Notes: generated from the letters alone by a model not told the origin. Shown: positions 13,106-25,781, counted from the first letter of the whole stretch. The stretch is DNA of 63,670 nucleotides, filler included, from Chiloscyllium plagiosum (GCF_004010195.1; 4 parts of 2 records of this genome joined end to end with filler, not necessarily neighbours in it), one strand, 5' to 3'. A program made the numbers and translations.

Positions 13106-13816
13106 TGTAATGGGGTCAACCAGGTGGACCACATAGAATATGAGTTCCCTGATTGGGGCTGTTAACCTCGTCTAATCAGGGAGCCCTGGCTGACAGATAT
13201 AAACAGAAGTGTAGAACATCCTGTTCACTCTGAGGTCTGGCTCTGAGGGAGCTGGATCAGTGTCAACAACTCTCCACATGCAAATGAAAGGTGACTTGGT
13301 GTTTTAAAAAATTCTCAAGGTCAAGGACCAGGCTCGCAGGAAAGTAGTCTGACACAGAACAAACAGCCAAGAGGCGAGTCTGCTAGAATATAAGTGTTTT
13401 ATTCCCCGCAGTGTCCCCACAACCAGTCTCGTACTTACAACGGGTCTGGCTTATACTCACTCTACATGTTACCAAAACTGGGAGCCGTCAGTTCTCGTAG
13501 AGCGGTTGCCAACAACCCACGCTCGGCGGTTAAACGTAACCCCGGAGCAGACTCTACCGAACTGGAGACTTCTCCAGCTGATATACCCTTTTCCAGATAT
13601 AAACATTCATGTGAACAGCAGAGCAAGGCTAAAAAACACATTCCATTCTGGTTACATACAGATAAGAAGATTCACACGGGAAGGTGTATAACAAGATTCA
13701 CACGGGACTAAGCGACACCTTCCATTTTCGGTTAGATTCACACATGTATTGGGACACAATTTTAACCCTTTCACCACACTTGGTTATTGGATACCATCCC
13801 CTGTGTTGTTATTTCA
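13106..13816 (+). mobile_element. Solo LTR (TG...CA), interrupted by a second LTR
   Basis: Starts tgtaatgggg, has a TATA-like gatataaac, ends gttatttca. Flanks are tgat/tgaa (imperfect 4-bp TSD). Confidence 0.65.
13300..13778 (-). mobile_element. 479-bp solo LTR with 5-bp TSD
   Basis: TG...CA termini; cttgg at 13295-13299 and 13779-13783; minus-strand AATAAA near 13400; internal repeat aagattcacacggga x2. Confidence 0.8.
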
Positions 13817-14114
13817 TGAATCGTAGGTACTTTCCACAAATTTCGCTCACTCATGAGGCAAGCAAACTTTGGGGTTGTGATGACTCAGTTTTCCAGGTTT
13901 AGAAATGCTGTGGTCCACTATAGAAATGTCAATCTAGGGTGGATTCAATTTCCAATGAGCTAAAGGTGGAAGCATTTTGGGCCAGGCCTTTTCAATGGGC
14001 TCACATTTTTCATAATGACATGATTAACAATGCAAACTATACATTTCAATATCTTTCCTTCTCTACCAGACTTGGGAAGATTAAAGGGTAGTCTTGTGCA
14101 CTTTGCATTATTTC

Positions 14115-14735
14115 AAACAGATTGGAGTACAGGAGCAGAGTAATCTTACTGCAGCTGTACAAGGTGTTGATGAGACCACATCTGGAATACCGAGAGCAGG
14201 TTTTGCTTCTTATTTAAGGAACGATATCATTTTGTTGGAGGTAGTTCAGGGAAGGTTAACTAAGATGATTCTGGTATGGAGGGATTGTCTAATGAGCGAA
14301 GGCTAAACAGGTTGGGACTCTACTCCCTGGAGTTTAGAAAAATGAGAGGTGATCCCATTGAAGCATAGAGGATTCTTAAGGAGCTTGACAGGGTCAATGC
14401 TGAGAGGGTGTTTCCCCTCATGGGGGAGTCTGGGACCAGTGGGCACAGTCTCAGAATAAAGGGGCACCAATTTAAGACTGAGATGAGGAGGAATTTGTTC
14501 TGTCAGAGGGTTGTGAGACTTTGAAACTCCTTACCAGAGAAAGCTGTGGAGGCAGAGTCCTTGTGTATGTTTAAGGCTGAGATAGATTTTTGATCAGTCA
14601 GGGAACCAAGGATTACAGGGAAAAGGCAGGAAAGTGGCCTAGAGGAATGTTGGACCAGTCATTGAACCTATTAAATTGTGGAGCAGGCTTGAGGGGCTGA
14701 ATGGCCTACTCGTCTTTCTATCTTTTAAAGTCCTA
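14115..14735 (+). mobile_element. CR1 3' fragment
   Basis: gagaccacatctggaatac, gagtttagaaaaatgagaggtgatc, and a 3' end gaggggctgaatggcctact. Confidence 0.85.
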
Positions 14736-14769
14736 AAAACACATCAAGTTTGTGAGTTTCGCAACTATT

Positions 14770-15620
14770 TATAATCATTGCCAAAGTGCCAGAGGAGCTG
14801 GAATGACTTGAAGCAGATGGTAATATTGAGTGAATAGACTCATCATCATGTAATCTAGTCATTTCCACACACTAAAATGGTGAACTTAGAGTATGCATCA
14901 AACTGAAATTGGTATATAGATTGCTATTTAGAAGAATTCATCAGAAATGTCGTAGCTTGCACTCAATTACAAAACTGTCAATCTATGTTCTGCAATTTTA
15001 CAGCTGACCCATGGCAACAACTCCAGGTTGATATTTTTGGAGAATTGCAAACGTTTTTGCTTGCTCATGATCTACACAACAAACAGAAATTAGAACAACT
15101 AATTCCAGACACACCACTTCATTGACATTCTGGACAGGTTAATACAAAATGGGGTTTTCCAGAGACTATCACCATAGACAAGGAGCATGTAATTTTTCTG
15201 GTCAGTTTGAAAAGTTCACAAGCAAGTTTTGGAATTCATCATCATCTGTCCTTGTGATTCAACCTGTAAATGAATTATAAAAACCGACAATTCAACAAAG
15301 ACAGTTTGAAAGCTAAATGCAAGAAGCGAAAATATTCCAATGCGCTATTTGTATCTTAACTTTGTGCATTTTGAATCATTTCCCACTCTGCCAGAAAGGT
15401 GGCAGCTGAACTTCAGATAAGTTATAACTTTCACAAGCCATTGACAATTCTTAAACAATTATCAGTAAAAGAGAATGTTAGTGTGAGCTGAGAAGAAATC
15501 GCAACGAGACAAAGTAAATCAAAAACACATTTCAACATGGAACAGACGCGAGGGAACCCTGAAATTGGAGATTGGGATTGCATCAAAAGGCCAGACCAGG
15601 ATCACAAACTTGCATCACCT
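14770..15620 (+). pseudogene. Decayed Ty3/Gypsy pol remnant (RT start and integrase core)
   Basis: ELE*LEADGNIE at ~14790, PWQQLQVDIFGEL at ~15005 and GFPETITIDK at ~15150; many stops and frameshifts. Confidence 0.6.
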
Positions 15621-16224
15621 CTCTCTATTCGAGGGCAAATCAAGCAGTGATACAGCATGAATACTTATCTGTTTAATGCCAACACTAAATGGAATGCAAG
15701 ATGCTTTATAGGAAATAGACCAGGATCTTTCAGTGATGGTAACTGTGAAGATACATATCTCTTTCTGATGTGTCTCTGTTATATTGATCATTTGCCCCAT
15801 TGAAATTGATGACAACCTCAAATTTGTAGACTTTTGTACTTAAGAGACTATTTCTGTACTTAGAGAAAACAAACAAGCCGAATTCTAAGAAATGACTCAA
15901 TGTACATGTTTTTTGATCTAGATGGTTTCAGCTTGTTACTGATGACTCAGAGCTCTTCTTCAAATATCCTTTAAGGAAACAATTGACAGCATGAAATCAC
16001 ATTTGTTATTTGCTTCTTCTGTCCAGTGAAGAAACTTTGCCGAGAATCTAATAACTTCGACAGTGTTGGTGGGGAGAACTTTCGACTCAGGATTCTTTTA
16101 AATAAAAGTTGGTTGTTCAACAAGTGATGCTTTCAAAAGAAGAGGCATCTGAATGATCTCGCAGCTGTTCTGCTTTTGGCATATGCTTGAAACCAAAGTG
16201 AAATATAATAATATTACACCATTT

Positions 16225-16432
16225 AGAGACTGGGACTGAAATCATAACATGTCAGCAGATGTAGTCCAGAGGCAGCTAGATATAGCCCTCAGGGTGAATG
16301 GGATCAAAGGTAATGTGGAGAAAGCAGTTGAGTCTATTGAGCTGGATGATCAGCCATGATCGTGAAGAATGGCAGAGCAGGCTCAAAGGGCTGAATGGCC
16401 TCCTCCTGCTCCTATCTTCTGTGGTTCTATGC
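16225..16432 (+). mobile_element. CR1 3' end
   Basis: gatcagccatgatcgtgaagaatggcagagcaggctcaaagggctgaatggcctcctcctgctcct. Confidence 0.8.
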
Positions 16433-17060
16433 ATTAGATAATTGTCACATTTCTAATGAATGAAGCAATAATTAACTTCAATTCAGCAAAAAGAATTATT
16501 AAGTCTGTGCCAAGCACTAATTAATTAAATAAATCATTCACTTGAGTAAATTCTTTTTGCTACCAAAAGGCCACTGACTAGAACAGTGACCTTCCCGAAT
16601 TTCTTACCCTTAGGCACCAGGACAATACCTCCAGCCTTTTGCAGATCCATGTAGAAGATTCAGAAATACTGCTACAGAATTCATAGTGAGTTGACAGTTT
16701 CTTTACACAGATCTTGAGGAGTGTGGTACCGACAGTTTGCAAAGAGAATTTTTTTTTCTTAAAAACGCATTTGACTGGGTGCAAACATGTGTGAACTATC
16801 AGTTGGTCAAAATTGTACCTTCAATGTTTGCACTTTGGTGTCTGTGACATCACCAGCAACCCAGTTGATAATGACCAATGCACTGAAGAAATACACTTTG
16901 CATCCTTTGCTACTGTTTCTGCAGTTTGACCAAACTGTAATATCATACTAGCCTTTGCAGACAAAGACTATCCTACAAAAAAAAATCAAAAATAATGGAT
17001 ACAGTGTGCAGATATCATGAAACTGAACACATTCCTAAATTGACTCAAGACATCATAATG

Positions 17061-17190
17061 GCAAAGGTGAGGACTGCAGATGCTGGAGATCAGAGTCTAG
17101 ATTAGAGTGGTGCTGGAAAAGCGCAGCAGGCCAGGCAGCATCTGAGGAGCAGGAAAATCGACATTTCGGGCAAAAACCCTTCATTAGGAA
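17061..17190 (-). mobile_element. Solo 130-bp hammerhead-bearing PLE terminal unit with perfect 16-bp TSD
   Basis: tcaagacatcataatg at 17045-17060 and 17191-17206. Minus strand begins ttcctaatgaagggtttttgcccgaaatgtcga. Confidence 0.9.
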
Positions 17191-17579
17191 TCAAGACATC
17201 ATAATGCACATCTAAATCTACTACATAACAGACAATTTGCACACATTTTGTTGAAGGGAAGTAGTTTGGAGTTGACTTTGTAACAAGTTTTCAAAGCTTA
17301 GCTGTTTGTTTAATGCATCAAGGAGTAGTTTTATTTTTCTTCTCCTTACACTTACTGATAAATAAACATGAAGCTACACAAATATATAGGTTCAATTCTT
17401 AGAGTGTTGCAAAGTTGGAAGTCTTGCAGATTGGAATGCTGGCCTTTATATCTAGAGGACTGGAGTATACAGATGTAGTTGTGATGCTGTAGCTGTATGC
17501 TACCTGACCTTAGGGCTGCTTTCTCATTAGAGAGCTGATTGATGATAGTTTAACCTGAGGTTTACCATGCCTCAGGTGA

Positions 17580-18410
17580 GAATAGAATAGCAATTGTCAC
17601 TTGCATTTATGAAAATACAGTTAGCTGGGTCTAAGTCACCACAATTCAGCACTATTTTAATTACAGAATTTCTAAAAATATTTAATGGAGATAATGTTGG
17701 AACAAAGTTCACCTGTTGTTCCCTTCATGGCTCCTGCGTTTCTGGAGTGGCTGTAGGACACCGCCACTGAAGGTGCCCCTGAGGCCCTGAAAGCAAGGAT
17801 TTCTGGACAGGACCACCATACTGTCACCACCGAAACTGGCACTGAGTCACTACATCACTACCAGAGAAGGAGTAGGTGGACCCAACCAATATTGAAGTCC
17901 TGGTCTTCGGGCACCATCTTTGTCAATGGGCCGATACTCCTCTGCCACTGCCTCACCGCTGCCTATGCCAGACTGTCCAATGACCGAATCATGTCTCTCA
18001 CCGCTGTGTCTACCTCATTGATGTCATTGTGATGCTCTTCCACCATCACTTCACAGCCACCGGTACTGTACCCAACTAACAAGGTGCCATCTTTTGCCTC
18101 TGGGCCGACCTCACCGACCTCACCTCACATTCCCTCTGTCAATGGATCCATTCAACGCCCATGCCCTTGGTTCACCCGAGGTCTGTGCCCTGAATCCATT
18201 CAAGGTCCGTGTCCTGGATCTGCCTGAGGTCCATGCCCTGGGTCCACTCAAGGACAGTATCCTGGGCTCTCTAAGCCGCTGATGCAGTCCAAGCTCAGGA
18301 CGAGGTAAATAAAGAGAATGAAAAGAAAGGAAAAACAAAAAACAAGGAAAAAGAAACATGATTGGAGAGGATGAGTTCCAGCACAGTGGCCCTATTCCAC
18401 CGCTATCCTG
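17580..18410 (-). mobile_element. Probable non-autonomous non-LTR element
   Basis: Minus 5' end aggatagcggtgg (aagatggcgg-like). Minus 3' end actgtattttcat...gtgacaattgctattct resembles the LINE tail at ~49460-49500. Confidence 0.45.
18144..18263. repeat. Five diverged 24-bp tandem units with alternating (48-bp) structure
   Basis: Units start at 18144, 18168, 18192, 18216 and 18240. Odd units carry cca(t/c)tcaa; even units carry cc(c/t)gagg. Confidence 0.85.
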
Positions 18411-19247
18411 AGAAGCAGCTCCCCATCCACAATAACAACCAGGGCAGCAATGGCCACACATTGAACAATTCAGGAAGTTATCGAGGGTTTTATGAATCAG
18501 GTGACACCCTGGCGATACTGACCCACTGTGACATTGCTCGCAGTGGGGCACAGCCCTGCACTGCCTTCGATGTTCAAGTAGCCCTCACTTCTATGTCCCT
18601 GTTTGCCACTCCTACTTAGACAGGAATCTTTGAGGGAGCCAACTTCGTGCAGGTGGGTGTGACTCAGTCACCATCAAGACTGGATCCTACCTACAATTCT
18701 GAGTGTCTAAATACAGTGTCAGAGTAAGTGAGGATAATGTGAGTTATACAGTAAAATTATTGATAAGCACAAGGCTGCATTGTTTACTGGAGCTGACCTT
18801 CAAAGTTCACAGACTTGGCACAAGCAATTTTGTTGATTTCCACCTCTAAAATATTTCCCACTTCAATCCACATTGCCCTGCTGACATCAAATCTCATTCA
18901 TACCTTCATTTCCTTCAGGCTTGAATTCTTCAATTTTGCTTTCCACCTCCTCATGTTCCAACCTTTACAAATTGCAATTCAACCAAACCTTTACAGCAAA
19001 ATTCCTATTAGATACCACTTTCATATCACCCCAACCTTTCACTATTTCCATGAACTCCCATCCTTCCAGCTTCACATTAAAAGTCCTGAAGTAAGTTTAC
19101 ATTTCTATCTATTGCCTGCCCCTTCAAACACCAGGAACCTGTTTTGCTCTCTGTAGTAACCTGTGCCCTTATTGTCTTGATCACACACTTTGAAATGCTC
19201 TTTGTAAACACTTAACTCTTGTTCCTTCTCTTCCTTCCTTCAAAATA

Positions 19248-19595
19248 GGGCAGCACGATGGCTGAGTGGTTAGCACTGCTGCCTCACAGTGCCAGCAACC
19301 TGGGCTCGATTCCAGCTTCAGAAAATTGTCTGTGTGGAGCTTGCATGTTTTCCCTGTGTCTGTGTGGGTTTCTTTCATGTGCTCTGGTTTCCTCCAACGG
19401 GTCCAAGGATGTGCACGTTAGGTGAATTGGCCATGCTAAATTGCCCATAGTGTTCAGGAATGTGTAGGTTAGTGCATTAGTCAGGGGCAAATATAGGGTA
19501 GGGGAATGGGTCTGGGTGGGCTACTCTTTCAAGGGTCAGTGTGGACTTGTTGGGCTGAAGGGCCTGTTTCCACACTGTAGGGATTCTAATTCTAA
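19248..19595 (+). mobile_element. HE1-type tRNA-derived V-SINE
   Basis: A/B-box head (tggctgagtggttagc...gggctcgattcc), V-domain gtggagcttgcatgttttccctgtgtctgtgtggg, CR1-like tail and (ttctaa)n. Confidence 0.9.
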
Positions 19596-19871
19596 AATCC
19601 TGCTCATTTCAATTCTCTTAAACCTGTTGTGCAGTCACCTCCTCTAAATTTTTCTCAACAGCATGAAGCACTATGAGTTGGTTATGTGCAATGATTATAG
19701 AAATCCAGATAATTCAAAGTAAAATGAGAGAAGATTATTGTTTTTGTATTGTGTGACAGCTTAGTTCCTTGGCTCGGACACTCCTTTCTTAGAAATTTCA
19801 TGGATTCAAGTTCCACTCCAGTAGTTTGGTCCCCTAATTCAAATCGACATGCCTGAGGAGACAAAGGCAAA

Positions 19872-20300
19872 TTACTGCAGAGGCCAGAAATCTGAGGTAA
19901 AAACAGAAAATGCTGGAGATAATCTGCAGATCAATAATATCTGTCATCTGAGTTGCAGAGTTAATATTTCAGGTTCAAGATCTTTCATGAGAATGAAGAA
20001 AATTTAGAAATGTTAATAAATTTAAACAAGGAAAATGGGGGGTGGGGAGGGGGAGGTATAAAAAGGACGAGAAAGGGAAAGGCTGTGAAGTTAGGAACAA
20101 TAATGAGAGAAAAGGACAGGTTGTGCAAGGACAAAGGGAATGAACATGAAAAAGTAACAAAGCAAACCGTGTGTCCAGAGGAGGTGCGAATGTTAGAATG
20201 TTGGAAAGCTGCTTCCCAAAAGCAAAAACTGAAGAGAAGTGGAAGTACAATCAAAAGCTGCAAAGAAAAAAGAAACAAACTATAAGCAAAAGTTCAGGTC
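19872..20300 (-). mobile_element. Old PLE 3' terminal fragment with decayed hammerhead motif
   Basis: Minus strand ttctcatgaaagatcttgaacctgaaatatt...ccagcattttctgtttt, preceded by a pyrimidine-rich tract as in the PLE at 30200-30560. Confidence 0.55.
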
Positions 20301-20304
20301 TGAA

Positions 20305-20420
20305 ATTGTTGATGATTTGGATGAAAATGTAAGTGGCCTGATTAGCAAGTTTGCAGATGACATGAAAATTGGTGGAATTGTGGATAATGGGGAAGGTTAT
20401 CAAAGGATTCAGGTAAATAT
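20305..20420 (+). mobile_element. Short CR1 RT fragment
   Basis: DDLDENVSGLISKFADDMKIGGIVD. Confidence 0.8.
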
Positions 20421-21532
20421 CATACACATGGTGGGAAATATATAACTTGTTTGCTTGATTGAATGATATAATGCCTGAATGCATTAATGATAATCGCCAG
20501 TGAGATAGATATACTGTTAGCTTTGATTGTATCCGTTATTTCACCTAACTTTCAAAGAACTCAATACATGTTCGCAATTCTTGATATTTTAGTTGAAGGA
20601 AGTATCCAAATGATTGGAACCCGAAAATGAGGTCTAGGGTACTACAATGGTGATGTTGTAAAACATCCAATTTGCTGCCGTGTTTACTAAATTGAGAGAA
20701 ACTGGGTTATTAGTAAGCTGGAGTTCTCATGGCTATTCTGCATACATTATTTTACCATAGCAACTGGTTCTGCAGCATGCACAAACCTTAAATGATTAAG
20801 TGACCGCATATGCATACTAACATAAGGACAGGAAGGCAACTCCTTTATTAAGCTTTAATTTTCATAAATTGTAGGCATGATATGAACTGAGAAAACGTCA
20901 TGTGTCAAGACATTATGAATATTTTGTGTTATGGATATTTGATGCATTTTTAACCAGGAATGACACTCTCTTGAGTATTTTCACAAATGAAGATGAATAT
21001 GCAGAGATCCATTTGGTTGATTTTCCGCCAGATGGCAAGTAACAGAGGCTCCATGAAGCTGATTTGCTTGAATTGTTTTTGCCACATTGGATGCTGACAT
21101 CTACTTGAGTTTATATCATCTGCAAACACCTACAGCATTTCTTCACAATATCTCAAAGTACTTGAAGCCAGGCTTACTACAGTTGCCAGATTTTCAAGGG
21201 ACTGTTAACTCTTTTTGTCAATTTGCATAAAGTGCATTTCAAAATGATTAAAGTGCATAAATGAAGTGAATGTAGTAGCAATAAAGATCTGAAAAGACAT
21301 CAACAAATGTCAACGATACAAGCCAATGAACTCAGTCGAGGTGATGGATGACAACTGAATGATGGATTTGGCAAGATTTTTATATTTTTCAATTTTGTTT
21401 ATAAAATTATGAAAAAAATGCCAAATTTAATAAATGGCCTTAATTTAGCTCATTTAATTGGCAGCTCAATATACATGATGTAAGGGTTGGGTGCTCTGAC
21501 AGATATTGTACAAAATTTGAATCCCAGTCAGT

Positions 21533-21955
21533 TCATAGAGACATCCAGCATGGAAACAGACCCTTCAGTCCAACTCATCCATGCCAACCTGATATTCTAA
21601 GTAAATCTAGTCCCATTTGCTGGCGTTTGGCCCATATTCCTCTAAACCCTCTATACCCATCCAGTTGCCTTTTAAATGCTGCAATTGTACCAGCCTCCAC
21701 TACTTCCTCTGGCAGCTCATTCCATAAACCCACCACCCTCTGTGTGAAAAAATTGCCCCATAGGTCCCTTTTAACTCTTTGCCCTCTCACCTTAAATCTA
21801 TACACTCTTGTTTTGTACTCCCCTACCCTGTGGAAAAGACCTTGTCTATTTACCCTATCCATGCCCCTCATGATTTTATAAACTTCCATATGGTCACCTC
21901 TCAATCTTCGATGCTCCACAGAAAATAGCCCCAGTCTGTTCACCTTCTCCCTCTA
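21533..21955 (-). mobile_element. HER1/CR1 3' fragment
   Basis: RRLRGDHMEVYKIMRG..FFTQRVVGLWNELPEEVV plus 3' tail. Confidence 0.93.
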
Positions 21956-22374
21956 GCACATCTGTGTTACTTAATCTTGTCTAGAGCTTTAACGAGCTGA
22001 CATCAGCACATCTGGGATAGGAAGATTAAAGCAGAACAATAGGTTTTGATTTCAAAAGGTTGCATTGACTCCCACACCCTAGAACATGTTCTATAAAAAT
22101 AGCAGATCTGATTTGGTGTTGATGGTGTGTTCCAAACATTCAAATCAATTGTCCAGCCTCCTAGGTGAAGCATAGTAATGTGGACAGGTACTGTAGGATA
22201 CTGTAACCGAGCATGATTCACACCAGGCACAATGAGACAGGTCAGAAAAGAAAACTAGATCAAATATTTCTCCACAAATCATGTACTGCAATTGCTTATA
22301 GTATGGTAAATATCGCACATACACAATTGACAAGAAAGGTTAAAAAAAACCTTGTTGCAGTTGTTAATGCTTAC

Positions 22375-22555
22375 CTTTAAGTATATTTAAAATAGAGTTG
22401 GATAGGTTTTTGATCTTCAAGGGATCAAAGGTTACGGGAAGAGAGCAGGAGAATGGGGTTGAGAAAACTTATCAGCCATGATTGAATGACAGAGTAGACT
22501 AAATGGGCCAAATGGCCTAATTTCTGCTCCTATGTTTTATGGTCTTTATGGTCTT
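22375..22555 (+). mobile_element. CR1 3' end
   Basis: atcagccatgattgaatg...atggcctaatttctgctcctatgttttatggtctttatggtc. Confidence 0.8.
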
Positions 22556-23664
22556 TATATCCTTCCCTATAGAAATTCAATCATGTGAACAGACCACCTC
22601 ATTATTGGAAAAGCTGAGGGACAAAGAGTCAATTTCTGGGTGGAAAAGAAACCCCCAGGAGATTTATTTTGGAATTTACTTAGGTATTTTATAAATTCCT
22701 CACTTGGTTTAGGAATGAGCGTACAAATAGCCTGGAAGAATTGTAGCAACACTCCTTCCCCTAAATTACATTAGAACAACAAACTCATTATTGTGTTAGC
22801 ATTCACACTGACCTTGATTTACATAAACAGAACCAGATCTTGACGTAACTGAAGAAACCGGTTACTGTGGGACTGACTGCTCAGTAATTATGAATCTGGG
22901 CAACAATGAAAACACATACTTTGTAAATAGAACCTTATTCTGAGTCCATATGGATACTTTGCAAGTTTCATCTTTGAATCATAAATGCGTTTTGCAGACG
23001 CAAGAACAGAAAGTTGTGAAAATTATATCTGATGTTTGAGTGCATACTTCATAGCAAGCACCACCTGGTAAAGGAGAATTATGAAGGATATGTTCAGGAT
23101 TTCCCATTTTGCACTGTCGATAAGTGCCACTCTTTGCTGCAACTGCCAATTGCAGACTCAACCTTATAATGTAGCACTGGTCACATTATATCCAGAAGTT
23201 CTCAAGCATATAATATTTATTACCAGGCTTTGTCAACCATTGAATATTAAACAAGTCCTCATTGGCACTAGTAGAGCAGGTGCATTACCAATGGTGCATA
23301 TTTTTTGTTTCAAATGCATGTTACCACTTTTGGAAGTAGCTTTTTCTATACCGTGACATGTCTGAAAAATAACATATAATAATAATGAATTATGCTGAGG
23401 AGGTCCTTCAAACAAATTATACCCGTCAGATGTAAGATGCTGCATCAATAAACCAAATGGCTTGTACATAAAGCATCACTCTCCACTGGCATGTTACAAA
23501 GCCTCTGTGCTTCCAAACAATGTGTGAATAATCCACAATTCTTTGTTAGATGCAGATAACTTGACATCATTTTGATTTATAACTGACTCAAATTAAACAT
23601 CTTGCTGGATGTAGGTATTTTAAAATGTTAATTAAGAAGTCTGCCTTTTTTCTTAAGAAGGGCC

Positions 23665-23952
23665 ACCAGACCTGAAATGTTAACTGTGCTTTCTCTCCAC
23701 AGATGCGGCCAGACTTGCTGGGTTCCTCCAGCGATTTCTGCTTTAGTTTCTGATTTACAGCATCCTCAGTTTTTGAGTTTGTTTCAAAATCAGCTTCTGT
23801 TTTTCACACGCGCAGGGTTTAGGAGAAAGTGAGGATTGCAGATGTTGGAGAGCCAGAGTTGAAAAGTGTGGCACTGAAAAAACACAGCAGGTCAGGCAGC
23901 ATCCGAGGAGCAGGAGAGTTGACATTCCGAACGTAAGTCCTTCATCAGGAAT
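23665..23952. mobile_element. Two PLE terminal units of different subfamilies in opposite orientation
   Basis: Plus unit from cctgaaatgttaactgtg (~23670-23790). Minus unit 23822-23952 reads ttcctgatgaaggacttacgttcggaatgtc. Confidence 0.75.
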
Positions 23953-25077
23953 TTGGCTGTGATTCAATATGAGCTATTGCTGTATTTCAGTTTTAAAGAG
24001 CCTTTACTTTGAGCTACCAACCCGAGACTGGTATGCTGCCGAGAAGGAAGCCTAAGGGTTATATTACAAGCTACAACTTTCACTCCATGCAGAGTGCATA
24101 GTTTGGCCTGCATTAGTAGGCGAGGGGGCAAAAGGGAAAGAAACTTTGACAGATGGCGGAGGGGAAGACCAACCATTGTCTTCACACTTCCATAGCATTG
24201 CAGCAGTGTAGGGGGAATGTGGAGGATAGCCCTCCCACCCAAGGCCCAGTTGTGGCCCTTTAAGTGGGGTTTTCCTGCTGGTGCTGGAATATTCCAGCAG
24301 TGAGAGACTGAGCTGGGATGGGGCGTGTTACAGGCCCTCTTCATCACGCCCTCTGCAGCAATCAAATAGACTCCCCAATGACAATGGGCTGCCATGACAA
24401 TAATCCTCCATTCCATTGCCAATGACACATTGTCCAACCCCCAATACATCTATTTGTTGTGTGGTCACCATTCATCGACAAACCTCTTGGATGTGTGCAG
24501 GCCGGGTGTTGGCCACCACTCCCACTGAGATGCGGGGGCTGTAACTCTGCTGGGCCCTCTCTTTGCCTGGCAGCTCTTGCAGATGGTTCACATTGATTAA
24601 AGGGATGGAATCTCGAACAGCTACTCAGTAGTTCTTTAGCCCATTGTCATGGTCATGCAGAGCTAACCGTCTCAAGAGGGAACAGAATGTACCTGCTGTA
24701 ACATCAAAAAGGTTCAAAATTAAAACGATTCCATGAATGAATTTAAAAAGTAACTGAATGCGTTAGGAAATTGATTTGCCTGATTTGCTAAGTTTTTTTG
24801 AGTTTATTTTTGTTAAAAATGAGCAGCTTTAACACTGACCTCCCACAGTGTTAGAGGACTGTTTCACTTGATACCAAGTACAAGTATGGAATGATCGGCC
24901 TTTCAGATAATGCCTGAAATAACTTGCCTTTAGTTTATTCTCGATCACATTGGAATCTGATTTGGAAGTTTTATTAAGTGGCCAAGGTCTTCCAGCCTCC
25001 ATAGGAATTGTTCAAAAGTTTGAACTTCTGGTGAGCAATTCCCCTGCTCAGCAGGAGTTTGAATTAGAGTTGGAAAC

Positions 25078-25781
25078 TTAGACCATAAGACTCTGAAAGT
25101 GGAGTCACAGGTAGAAGGGGAAGTGAAGAAGGCTTTTGGCACACTGGCCTTCATCAGTCAGCGCAATGAGTTTAGAAGTTGAGTAGTTATATTACTGGTT
25201 TACAGGATGTTGGTGAGGACGAACTTGAAGTATTGTGTTCAGTTTTGGTCACCTTGTTATCAGGAGGATGTCACTAAACTGGAAAGAGTGCAAAAGAAAT
25301 TTACAAGGATGTTGCCTGGACTCAGTGGTCTGAGTTATAGAGAGAGATTGGACAAGCTAGGACTTTTTCTTTAGAGCATAGGAGACTGAGGGGGGATCTT
25401 ATAGAGGTGTATAAGATCATCATGAGAGGTATGGATAGGGTGAATGTCCTTAGTCTTTATCCCAGGGTTAGGAGGACTAGAGGGCATCAGTTTAAGGTGA
25501 GAGGGGAAAGAATAAAAGGGAACCTGAGGGGCAGCTGTGGTACGCATACAGAATGAGAGGCCAGTGGATGTGGTTGAGGTGGGTACATTAACAACATTTA
25601 AAAGGCTTTTGGACAAATCCATGGATAGGAAAGGTTTAGAAGGATATGGGTCAAGTGTGTGGATGGACATTTTGGAGTTAGCGTGGATGGACATTTTGGA
25701 GTTAGCGTGGATGGACATTTTGGTCGGCATGTACCAGTTTGGGCAAAAGCACCTGTCTCCATGCTGTAGGAATCTATGACC
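25078..25781 (+). mobile_element. CR1 3' fragment with an internal 24-bp tandem triplication (25659-25723)
   Basis: CR1 C-terminal motifs; gtggatggacattttggagttagc x2.7; ctatgac tail. Confidence 0.9.

Noticed and set aside
16818..16975. Minus-strand exon-like segment with a strong acceptor
   Set aside because: Stops in all three frames, including the phase needed to continue the micro-exon ORF; no other support.
17505..17580. Short repeat shared in reverse with 50410-50520
   Set aside because: Clearly a dispersed repeat fragment but unclassifiable; no ribozyme or terminal structure could be supported.
19248..19325. tRNA-like A/B boxes here and in other SINE heads
   Set aside because: They are followed by the V-domain and a LINE-like tail, so they are SINE heads, not tRNA genes.
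20900..21360. Coding-looking stretch (LWIFDAFLTRND...)
   Set aside because: Interrupted by stops and no recognisable motif; needs a translated search before any call.
25659..25723. 24-bp direct repeats as a CRISPR-like array
   Set aside because: No spacers; simple slippage triplication inside a CR1 3' UTR in a vertebrate genome.
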